Program-made: the position numbers and the translations under genes
Shown: positions 45,126 to 53,367 of the stretch, one piece after another
Numbering within the stretch: position 1 is the first letter of the stretch
How the letters are laid out: every line of letters begins with the position of its first letter
Notes under the pieces: generated by a model
What the model saw: only the letters and a program-made list of their open reading frames with translations
Told to the model about the DNA's origin: nothing
Databases searched by the model: none
Source: Patescibacteria group bacterium
GTDB lineage: Bacteria > Patescibacteriota > Patescibacteriia > Magasanikbacterales > UBA922
NCBI GenBank assembly: GCA_028687045.1
Contig: JAQUAW010000002.1
Location: forward strand, 1-60,260
DNA length: 60,260 nt
Direction: 5' to 3'

Positions 45126-46205
45126 TTAAAGTATTTCGGGATTGGAGTTGTTTCTGGTACTTTTTAGTTTTAAATTGCTGATATATTTACGGAGTGGAGT
45201 TTCTAGATAGTGGTAACTTAGACCAGATAAGATGAGTAAGACAAACAAGGGAATATAAAAGTTTAGAGTGCTATTATTTATAGCAAAATGAGACATTATT
45301 TTTCGGGTAAATAAAAAAATAGGAATTTGAAGAATATAAATACCATAGCTAATATCACCTAAGAAAATAAGGCTTTTGTGATTAAATATTTTTTTTATCA
45401 GGCCAGTCGTCAACGAAATAAGTAAAATAAGTGGTATAAATATTATAGCAAGTAGTCCATTGTGATAATTGAGATTAAAAGGATAAAGAATAGCTAGATA
45501 AAGTACTATGGTTAAAATTAAGATATAAAAGTCATAATTTTTTTGTTTATTTATTAATTTTTTTACAAACCATAAACCTGCCAAGTTGCCAAGTAGAAAT
45601 TCGTTCAAGTGGAGTAAGGGGAAATAAAAAATAAATTCATGACTATTTGAAGGAAAGCCTGTATAAAATTTTGAATACAAAAACCAGTTTAAAAATATCT
45701 GACTAACTAACCATAAGGCTATAATTGGTAAGATTAGTTTTTTGTAGTTAACTTTTTGATATATTTTGTTATAAAGTAATGGGAATATTGAGTAAAAGAA
45801 TAACTCTATAACCAGTGTCCAAGCAGCTGCATTGAGCTCTGTAGCGTGTCCTGGTAGCCAGGCTTGCAATAGAAGTAGTGAAATGAATAAAGAAGGCCAA
45901 TTGATATATTTGTCTATAAAAACAAAATATACAAATGTAGCCATTATTGCTAAAAAATAAATAGGGTAAATACGGGCTAATCTTTTTTGGTAATAATGTA
46001 ATACATTGATTTCTTTTTCTTTGCTGTAAGCTATTATCATGATAAAACCAGACAATAAAAAGAAGTAGCTAACACCTATATCAGCTTGTTTGAAAAAAGA
46101 TAATAATGAAGAAAAATTGAAAGGAAAAACATCTTTGCCATAATGAAAAATCACTATAGATATAGCGGCGATAAATCTAGTAAAGGTAATCTGATTGAGT
46201 TTCAT
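45126..46205 (-). CDS. acyltransferase family 3 membrane protein
   Basis: FTRFIAAISIVIFHYG N-terminal motif and about 10 TM segments. Start set at ATG 46205. Confidence 0.75.
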   Translation of the reverse strand: MKLNQITFTRFIAAISIVIFHYGKDVFPFNFSSLLSFFKQADIGVSYFFLLSGFIMIIAYSKEKEINVLHYYQKRLARIYPIYFLAIMATFVYFVFIDKYINWPSLFISLLLLQAWLPGHATELNAAAWTLVIELFFYSIFPLLYNKIYQKVNYKKLILPIIALWLVSQIFLNWFLYSKFYTGFPSNSHEFIFYFPLLHLNEFLLGNLAGLWFVKKLINKQKNYDFYILILTIVLYLAILYPFNLNYHNGLLAIIFIPLILLISLTTGLIKKIFNHKSLIFLGDISYGIYILQIPIFLFTRKIMSHFAINNSTLNFYIPLFVLLILSGLSYHYLETPLRKYISNLKLKSTRNNSNPEIL

Positions 46206-46209
46206 TGTT

Positions 46210-46917
46210 TTATTTGCTAATAACGTTTTCCATAGCACACCAATCACAATCATTTTCTTGTGGGATAAGTACTACGGCTTCATCATTTGGTTTGCCTTTG
46301 TAAAAAGTGACAGAAGCTGTTAGAACTTTGTATTTTTTATTTTCATGAAGGACATTCCATAGTTGTCTTTCTTCATCAAATGATAAAATGCCAATGATTC
46401 TCTTACGAGAAATAGGACCTATTTGTTTGTAGATAAAGCGTCCATTTGGTGCAAAAGTAAGTTTCATGATATCACCTTCTACTAATTTGGATTTGCTAGC
46501 ATAATTTGGTGGAACAACGTATTCTTTGCTATCACTTCCAATCATTTTTTCACCATTGAAAACTCCTTCTAAAAAATTGTCAGGGGATTCTGTATTGGTA
46601 TCAATAAACATTGTATCAAAAACAAGAGGTTTTGATACTGAAATAGGGGATGATAATGTAATTTTTTTTGATATGATATTTTCTTCAAATAAAGACAAAA
46701 TATCATCAATTTGTTTTTTTAGACTGTTTAAGGAAATTTTTATATTTTCTATATCAAGATTTTTTTCAGTTGCTTTTAGTTCTTCTTGATGTTCTCCAAA
46801 GATATCATCTTCTTGTACAATTGGTCTTACAGGTGTAAGGTTATTTATTTTTGTGATTGAGTTATCATCAAAAAGATCAGACATGTGGGTTGTCATGATA
46901 TTGGAAAATTGGTCCAT
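46210..46917 (-). CDS. hypothetical protein (235 aa)
   Basis: ORF downstream of, and co-oriented with, the VirD4/HerA-like ATPase; no motif recognised. Confidence 0.55.
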   Translation of the reverse strand: MDQFSNIMTTHMSDLFDDNSITKINNLTPVRPIVQEDDIFGEHQEELKATEKNLDIENIKISLNSLKKQIDDILSLFEENIISKKITLSSPISVSKPLVFDTMFIDTNTESPDNFLEGVFNGEKMIGSDSKEYVVPPNYASKSKLVEGDIMKLTFAPNGRFIYKQIGPISRKRIIGILSFDEERQLWNVLHENKKYKVLTASVTFYKGKPNDEAVVLIPQENDCDWCAMENVISK

Positions 46918-47033
46918 AGGTTTGTTTTAGTCGAAAGTTCGTAAAGTTTATAAAGTCAAAAGTCTTTATATTTTATAAACTTTCTTTTTGTTATTTATTT
47001 TTGTTATTTGTTTGGATTTTGTAATTTGAAATT

Positions 47034-49610
47034 TTATAGTGTAGCTTCTATCATATCGTCTTTACTTTCACTTACACCTTGATCTAGTTTTGTTCTTTCC
47101 ATGATTTCTGCTTCAGCTATACTTCTTTCGCGACCATATTTGAGACGAGAAAGTTGTTTGATAGCTTCAGCCATTTTTAGGTTGCCATCTTTTGGTGGAT
47201 AGATGGACATATTGAAAGGTTTTGTTGGTTCATTATCAATGATTATCTTGGTGTTGGCTGTGAATTTTTCTACATTCATCAAGTCATAAGGTCCGAAAAC
47301 TGGGGCCATTTCTTTGGCTAGGATATCCGCGTCGTCAGGACCTATACGATATAGACACATACTACCGACGTTACCAAGTACTGCATCTTTGATCTCAGCC
47401 TTTCCTTTGTCGTCTACAAGCTGATTTAGGTATTGATGAGCAATAATCAAGTCTAGACGATATTTACGGGCCTCAGACAAGATTGTAGCGATAGAATCAG
47501 TAATAAAGTTTTGAAACTCATCGATGTATAGATAGAAATCTTTACGTTCACTTTCTGGTAAGTCAGCTCGACCCATGGCAGCCATCTGTAATTTGGAGAC
47601 GATTATCAAACCTATTAGTTTGGCATTGATTTCACCAGTCTTACCTTTGGCAAGATTCACTATCAATATTTTTTGTTTGTCCATTATATCACGAACATTG
47701 AAGCCAGATTTTTGTTGACCCATGATGTTGCGCATCATGTCATTTTCGACGAAACGTCCAACTTTGGAAATAAGATAACCAAGCATTTCTGATTTGTGAA
47801 AATCACTTGTCTTGGCCATTTCTTTTTCCCAAAAAGCACGAACTACTGGATCTTTCAATTTTTTCAAATATATTTTGACATAATCATCATCAGTAAACAT
47901 GCGAGGAATGTCAATAATTGTTCCAGGATTTTCGATATCAGCCATGAGTGTTAACATGACATTACGCATTTGATGCTCGAACATTGGACCAATCATTTCT
48001 GGTGGGAATAGTTTGTAGAAAATACTAATCATTTCTTGAACTACGAAATCTTTTTCATCTTCAGTACGAGCTTCCAGCATGTTGAGGCCGATTGGATATT
48101 CAAAATCGGAAGGATTGAAAACAACTACATCATCAGCACGTTCCTTTGGTATATGAGATAAGACATATTCAGCAAAGTCACCATGAGGATCGACAACAGC
48201 AACACCTTTACCATCTATAATGTCTTGTACTGCCATGTTTTCAATCAAAACAGATTTACCACTACCAGATTTACCAACAACATAAAGATGTCTACGTCTG
48301 TCAGCATCTTTTAGGCGAACTTGATAATCATTGCCTCTATATGGTATATGACCCATGAGAATACCTTCTTTTGGTAAATTTGGTGGAGGAGGTGCTTTTC
48401 TGGCGCCTAGCCATTTGATATTTGGTGTTTCTGTAGAATGAAGAGGTAAGTGCCAAAGACTAGCCATTTCTTCAGTATTGAGAAGAACTTGTTTATTATC
48501 GTTGAAAGAACGATGAATAAAATCTTTGATAATATTTTTTTGATTTCTTGGTATTTGTGCTTTAAAAGAATTGCCATAACGATAAAGATTGTATTGTCCA
48601 AATGAACCTATGATATTATCTAAATTCATTTTTGCGAGTTCTTGATTGTCAGAGCTACTAATAATTCTAATAGTAACATTCATGCCACCTTTGGATAGTT
48701 TTTCTTCAATACCTTTCATCATTTCTTCTTCCATTCCAGAAGCTTGATATCTATTTTCTAGTGTTTTGTCGGTTTTGGCTGATATTTGTTCACTAACACC
48801 TTTACCCACAAATTGAAAAAAATTTTTAAAATTATTTTGTCCCATTACATCTTCAAATTTTTTACCTTTTTTTACTTCACGGACAATGTATATACCTTTT
48901 TTGCGCCAACTTTTTCTAGCTGATCTTAAAATAAATTGAATACTGGCAGAACTGTTTTGTTCGTGAATTCTAGCTAAGACATTTAAAACAGCTGACATTG
49001 GGTCAGAATCCATTTTTTTGTATGTTTTTATAGGGAAAGATGGGGCATTGTCTCCTATAAGATAACCACCTATAATAGTACTTTTTTCAGAAAAAATATT
49101 ATAATCAGTTATTTCTTCGATATGTGCATAAGGATATTGTGCATTTATTTGTTGTTCCAAAAAAGATTTCAATTTTATAGGTACTGATACATAAAAATTT
49201 ATCAAATTGTTGTGTACCACTATTTCAAAAGAAAAATGGTCACTACGTCCTTTGAACCAACGCAAGATTCCTTTTTGGGCTTTTTGACTGGCTATAGTTG
49301 AAAAAATAGTTTCTGTGATACCTATTTCTTCTTTTATTTGTTCTAGTCTGTCTTCCTGAGCTGAATTTTGAGATCCTTCACTTCTTTTTTCTTTTGGTAC
49401 TATAATGTGAAGTAATGTATTTTCAAAAGTATAATGTATTTTGTAGATTGTCTTTGTAAAAGAACGTATAATAAAAAAAATGCCGATAATAAGAAATATA
49501 GAGCTTAAGATAATTACCAAAGTTAGTAGAAAAGAGTCATTATAAAAATTATTACTACTATTTATACTGGTATTATCAGTTACCAAAAATTGTAGGATTA
49601 ATGCGTACAT
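47034..49610 (-). CDS. membrane-anchored P-loop NTPase of the VirD4/TraG-HerA/FtsK type
   Basis: N-terminal TM, Walker A VVGKSGSGKS, Walker B FYLYIDEFQNF, and a downstream AHQYL motif. Confidence 0.65.
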   Translation of the reverse strand: MYALILQFLVTDNTSINSSNNFYNDSFLLTLVIILSSIFLIIGIFFIIRSFTKTIYKIHYTFENTLLHIIVPKEKRSEGSQNSAQEDRLEQIKEEIGITETIFSTIASQKAQKGILRWFKGRSDHFSFEIVVHNNLINFYVSVPIKLKSFLEQQINAQYPYAHIEEITDYNIFSEKSTIIGGYLIGDNAPSFPIKTYKKMDSDPMSAVLNVLARIHEQNSSASIQFILRSARKSWRKKGIYIVREVKKGKKFEDVMGQNNFKNFFQFVGKGVSEQISAKTDKTLENRYQASGMEEEMMKGIEEKLSKGGMNVTIRIISSSDNQELAKMNLDNIIGSFGQYNLYRYGNSFKAQIPRNQKNIIKDFIHRSFNDNKQVLLNTEEMASLWHLPLHSTETPNIKWLGARKAPPPPNLPKEGILMGHIPYRGNDYQVRLKDADRRRHLYVVGKSGSGKSVLIENMAVQDIIDGKGVAVVDPHGDFAEYVLSHIPKERADDVVVFNPSDFEYPIGLNMLEARTEDEKDFVVQEMISIFYKLFPPEMIGPMFEHQMRNVMLTLMADIENPGTIIDIPRMFTDDDYVKIYLKKLKDPVVRAFWEKEMAKTSDFHKSEMLGYLISKVGRFVENDMMRNIMGQQKSGFNVRDIMDKQKILIVNLAKGKTGEINAKLIGLIIVSKLQMAAMGRADLPESERKDFYLYIDEFQNFITDSIATILSEARKYRLDLIIAHQYLNQLVDDKGKAEIKDAVLGNVGSMCLYRIGPDDADILAKEMAPVFGPYDLMNVEKFTANTKIIIDNEPTKPFNMSIYPPKDGNLKMAEAIKQLSRLKYGRERSIAEAEIMERTKLDQGVSESKDDMIEATL

Positions 49611-49630
49611 AATTAATCTTTGATTTTTTA

Positions 49631-50224
49631 TTAATTATTATTAATTTTTTTGATACTTATTATTTTGTCAGCTTTTATCTTAGCTTCTTGTTCTAAGAAA
49701 AATTTGTTGACACCTGGTAGTAATCTCAACCATTCAAAAAGTAGTTTAAAAACTTCTTTTATTTTTACATGAGTTTTTTTGAGAACTTGGCGTATTTTCC
49801 AAGCAGTTTGTTCTCCTTTTATTTTGAATTCTTGTTGTTGTAGAGGAGTTAGTTCTTTGTAAGCATCTTCAAGGCCATCTTCCATGACTTTTTCAATACG
49901 TAAAGTCATTTCATCTTTAACAATAGGAATTTGGGTATTTTTCTTTTTACTTTGTTTTAGTTTCTTTTTTAAAGTTTGAATTCTGGTATCTAGGTTTTGT
50001 TCTATTTCTACATGAGTTTCTGGATTTTGTTTTGCTTGTTCTATATTTTTTTGTTCAGGTATTTGTTCGTTTATTTCCGTTTTTGTAGTCTCTGGTTGAA
50101 AACCAACATAGTCAGGTTGTGTTTCCTGACTTGAAATATTATTTTGAGATTCTTGTGTGTTATTTAAGAAGTTTGGTTTGAAATTTTTTTCTTCTAAAGA
50201 ATTTTTTTTGTTGTCTGGCGCCAT
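49631..50224 (-). CDS. hypothetical Gln/Lys/Glu-rich protein (197 aa)
   Basis: ORF directly upstream of the ATPase on the same strand; low-complexity N-terminal half. Confidence 0.45.
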   Translation of the reverse strand: MAPDNKKNSLEEKNFKPNFLNNTQESQNNISSQETQPDYVGFQPETTKTEINEQIPEQKNIEQAKQNPETHVEIEQNLDTRIQTLKKKLKQSKKKNTQIPIVKDEMTLRIEKVMEDGLEDAYKELTPLQQQEFKIKGEQTAWKIRQVLKKTHVKIKEVFKLLFEWLRLLPGVNKFFLEQEAKIKADKIISIKKINNN

Positions 50225-50322
50225 ATATAAATTTCCTAATTTTTTTTATGTAGATATTATAGCAAAAAAAACAAAAAAGAGCTATTAATAAAACAGCTCT
50301 TTTGTATAACTTGTGATTAACT

Positions 50323-51726
50323 TTAGATTTTATCCACTTTTTGTCCCTCAGCAGTATCCTCAAGTGTATAACCTAAGGCTTTTATAACATCACGAAGTCT
50401 GTCACTTTCTGACCAATTTTTGTTTTCACGAGCTTGTTGACGTTCATTTAGAAGTTTTTGAATATCATCTGAAACTTCAACTTTTTTTTCTTCAACTTTA
50501 TCTAAGTCTAATCCTAATACTTTGTCAAATTGCAAAATAGTTTCATAATCAATTTCTTCGTTTTTCAAAGTATCAAATATCAAGGCTACAGCACCTGGCG
50601 TATCCAAATCATTGTTTATTTTTTCTAAGAATTTTTCTTGTAATTTTGTAGTATCAATTTTTTTGCTTTCATTTTTCAATTTCAAAATTTTGCTTTTCAA
50701 ATTTTCTAAACCGTTCTGAGCTGCTTCAAGAGCTTCAAAAGAAAAGCCTAGTTGCTTGCGATAGTTAGTTTGAAGTAAGAAAAAACGATAGGCGAGTGGA
50801 TCAATGCCTTTTGCTATAAGAGTATCTAATGTCACAAAATTATCTCCAGATTTTGACATTTTTTCATTATTTTTGAGTACAATGAATTCATTGTGCATCC
50901 AATAATTGACCCAAGGATGTTCACCAAAAGCAGCTTCTGATTGGGCAATTTCATTGGTGTGATGTACTGGTATATGATCTATTCCACCACAGTGAATATC
51001 AAAATGTTGACCTAAATATTTGCTACTCATAGCACTACATTCTATATGCCAGCCTGGAAAACCCATTCTACCAAAAGCTTCCCATTCCATTTGTCTTTTT
51101 TGTTGAGGTTGAAAACCCTCCGGGTGTCCTTCACTACGTTCACTCCATTTCCACAAAGCAAAATCATGAGGATTTTTCTTTTCACCAATTTCTACTCTTG
51201 AACCAGCTTCTAATTCTTGATTTTGTAAATTTGCCATTTCACCATAAGTAGGGAATTTTGTAGTATCAAAATAAATACCATCACTTGTTTCGTAAGTAAA
51301 GCCTTTGTCTATCAGAGTTTGTACTAGTTCAATTTGTTCGGGAATATTGTCTGTTGCTTTGCACCAAGTGGTAGGGGATTCAATATTTAGTTTTTTTAGA
51401 TCATTTTGAAAAGCTTGTGTATAGAATTCAGCAATTTCCCAAGCAGTCTTGCCTTCGCGTTTTGATCCTTTTTCCATTTTGTCTTCGCCATTATCTCCAT
51501 CATCTGTCAGATGTCCGACATCAGTAATATTCATGACATGATTTACTTCATAATCATTGTATTGCAAAACACGTTTCAAAATATCTTCAAAAATATAACT
51601 ACGCAAATTACCAATATGAGCATAATGATAAACAGTTGGACCGCAAGTATAGAGACCAACTTTTTTGTCAGTAATAGGTTTGAATTCTTCGTTTTTGTGA
51701 GTGAGTGTGTTGTAGAGGTGTAACAT
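50323..51726 (-). CDS. cysS: cysteine--tRNA ligase
   Basis: HIGN (YAHIGNLRSY) and KMSKS motifs; WHIECS zinc-site region. Confidence 0.95.
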   Translation of the reverse strand: MLHLYNTLTHKNEEFKPITDKKVGLYTCGPTVYHYAHIGNLRSYIFEDILKRVLQYNDYEVNHVMNITDVGHLTDDGDNGEDKMEKGSKREGKTAWEIAEFYTQAFQNDLKKLNIESPTTWCKATDNIPEQIELVQTLIDKGFTYETSDGIYFDTTKFPTYGEMANLQNQELEAGSRVEIGEKKNPHDFALWKWSERSEGHPEGFQPQQKRQMEWEAFGRMGFPGWHIECSAMSSKYLGQHFDIHCGGIDHIPVHHTNEIAQSEAAFGEHPWVNYWMHNEFIVLKNNEKMSKSGDNFVTLDTLIAKGIDPLAYRFFLLQTNYRKQLGFSFEALEAAQNGLENLKSKILKLKNESKKIDTTKLQEKFLEKINNDLDTPGAVALIFDTLKNEEIDYETILQFDKVLGLDLDKVEEKKVEVSDDIQKLLNERQQARENKNWSESDRLRDVIKALGYTLEDTAEGQKVDKI

Positions 51727-51815
51727 AGGGCTTACGAGGCTTACGAGGCTTACAAGGCTCTAAACGAGCTCGGATGAGCTTACAAGGCTTTGGCAGTCTC
51801 TTTTTTGATTGTTTA

Positions 51816-51844
51816 ATTATAATCTAGGATTAGTTTTTTGTAAA
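51816..51844 (-). promoter_or_regulatory. sigma70-type promoter of cysS
   Basis: On the minus strand: TTTACA (51844-39), 17-nt spacer, TATAAT (51821-16). Confidence 0.6.
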
Positions 51845-51845
51845 T

Positions 51846-52001
51846 AAAAAAAACCTATTGTAGGTATTTTTGTATGAGAGAGATTGTGAGCGCGTGTGGT
51901 CGAGTCTCAAGACCACACGCGTTGGTGTGTTAGAATGAGCCGCCAGTAAAAGGGACCGGGGAGGTGGTCAACCTAATACTGGCGGCTCAGTAAGTACACA
52001 G
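51846..52001 (-). ncRNA. candidate small RNA A (paralogue of RNA B)
   Basis: Minus strand: TTGACA (52037-32), 17-nt spacer, TTTATT. There is a 12-bp perfect hairpin (51937-48/51977-88) and a conserved 11-bp hairpin with UUGAGACUC loop (51891-51921). A CACAAUCUCUC box follows, then terminator ACCUA-caa-UAGGU plus U8 (51846-65). Confidence 0.6.
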
Positions 52002-52056
52002 CACAAATAATAAATCACATTTTGGCTTATTTGTCAAGTATTTGGCTGTATATAAC

Positions 52057-52224
52057 AAAAAAATCTCTTTTTTGAGAGATTGTGGGTGCGTTTGGTCGAG
52101 TCTCAGTTTTCCCGAAGGAAAAGAGTCTCAAGACCAAACGCTTTTGTGTAAGTAAAGACTAACGATTTTTTTCAACAGCCTACCCTTCTCACGAGGCGGA
52201 GTCGATAGAAAAGGTTAGTCTTAT
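52057..52224 (-). ncRNA. candidate small RNA B (paralogue of RNA A)
   Basis: Minus strand: TTGACA (52259-54), 17-nt spacer, TTCATT. There is a 9-bp hairpin (52155-63/52214-22). The conserved hairpin GCGUUUGGUC/GACCAAACGC carries an inserted cUUCGg-capped stem. A CACAAUCUCUC box follows, then terminator AUCUCU/AGAGAU plus U7. Confidence 0.6.
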
Positions 52225-52516
52225 GTATTAAATGAACCATATATTAGTTGTGTTGTCAATTTTTTATTGACTTTTTTTTATAATTTGATATACCTTATAT
52301 TGTCTCAGACATTCTTGGTGTTTTTCACATCTCCCAATGTGAAAACTCTAGATGTTTTTTCATGGACTTGAAAAAGTTAATGAAAAGTCACTATGTGTGG
52401 GGGTGATTGAGACGTCTTATCTTGAGGGGTGCTGTCAATGACACACCCCTGGCTTCCTTATATTTGATTCTATTATGTTTTTGAGTTATAATTGAATAAA
52501 TAATAATCAAAAAAAT

Positions 52517-52861
52517 ATGAAAATACTTTTACGTTGGTTTCTCAACGCAGGATCTCTTTTACTCATTGCCAATTATTTACCAGGTATGGCTTTGGGTGGA
52601 ATTTATTCAGCTTTGATTACAGTTTTGGTTTTGGGTCTGGTCAATGCACTTATTAGACCAATTATTTTTATAATTTCTTTGCCTGTAAATATCTTGACCC
52701 TGGGACTTTTTACTTTTGTTATCAATGCTCTTATGTTTTGGTTTGCTTCTAGTATTGTCAAAGGTTTTAGTATAGAAAATTTTAGTACCGCACTATTTGC
52801 TTCTATTTTATTTTCAATATTGAGTTTTGCCGTTAGTTTACTACTTAAAAAAGAAAATTAA
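52517..52861 (+). CDS. phage holin family IV / DUF360-like four-TM membrane protein
   Basis: 114 aa with the LNA.SL.L.A.....G pattern and four TM segments. Confidence 0.65.
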   Translation: MKILLRWFLNAGSLLLIANYLPGMALGGIYSALITVLVLGLVNALIRPIIFIISLPVNILTLGLFTFVINALMFWFASSIVKGFSIENFSTALFASILFSILSFAVSLLLKKEN

Positions 52862-52869
52862 TTCTTCGT

Positions 52870-53360
52870 GCAACTCACCCCTAACCCCTCTCTTGTAAAG
52901 AGAGGGGAAATTGTGTAAAAAATTTTTGTTATGGATTCGCAATTACAAGAAATAAAAAAGAGATGTAGGATATTGCGAATTAATCAGACTAGGTGTGAAA
53001 GTATATTGTGGAATTGTTTGCGTAATCGAAGATTTTATAATTTGAAGTTTTATCGTCAGTATCCTATAAAATTTATTTTTGATAAGAAAATAAATTATTT
53101 TATTGCAGATTTCTATTGTCACGAGAGAAAATTGATTATAGAAGTTGATGGTAAGGTTCATGAATTTCAAAAAGACTATGACAATATGAGGGAGAATGTT
53201 TTGAAAGAGATGGGGATCAAAATTATAAGATTTACTAATGAAGAAATAGAAGAAAATATAAATAAGGTTTTATTACTTTTGAAAAATATAATTTAAATAA
53301 AAAAACTTCACTATTAGTTTCCCCTCCCTTTTTAAGGGAGGGGCTAGGGGAGAGTTTAGC
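52870..53360 (+). mobile_element. DUF559 gene unit bracketed by ~41-nt inverted hairpin modules
   Basis: Left module is at 52870-52910. The reverse complement of the right module (53318-53360) aligns with it: gcaactcacccctaacccctctcttgtaaagagaggggaaa versus gctaaactctcccctagcccctcccttaaaaagggaggggaaa. Confidence 0.75.
52931..53296 (+). CDS. DUF559 (Vsr-like endonuclease fold) domain protein
   Basis: R.LR.NQT..E..LW..LRNRRF...KF.RQ.PI..fIaDFYC...KLIIEVDG..H....yD..R...L...GI.IIRF.N.EI. Confidence 0.85.
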   Translation: MDSQLQEIKKRCRILRINQTRCESILWNCLRNRRFYNLKFYRQYPIKFIFDKKINYFIADFYCHERKLIIEVDGKVHEFQKDYDNMRENVLKEMGIKIIRFTNEEIEENINKVLLLLKNII

Positions 53361-53367
53361 TTAATTT

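Noticed and set aside
51727-52260. T-box riboswitch leader(s) for cysS
   Set aside because: The position and terminators fit a T-box. However, I find no T-box sequence (AGGGUGGNACCGCG), no specifier-loop or K-turn layout, and each unit has its own promoter. I kept them as unknown small RNAs instead.
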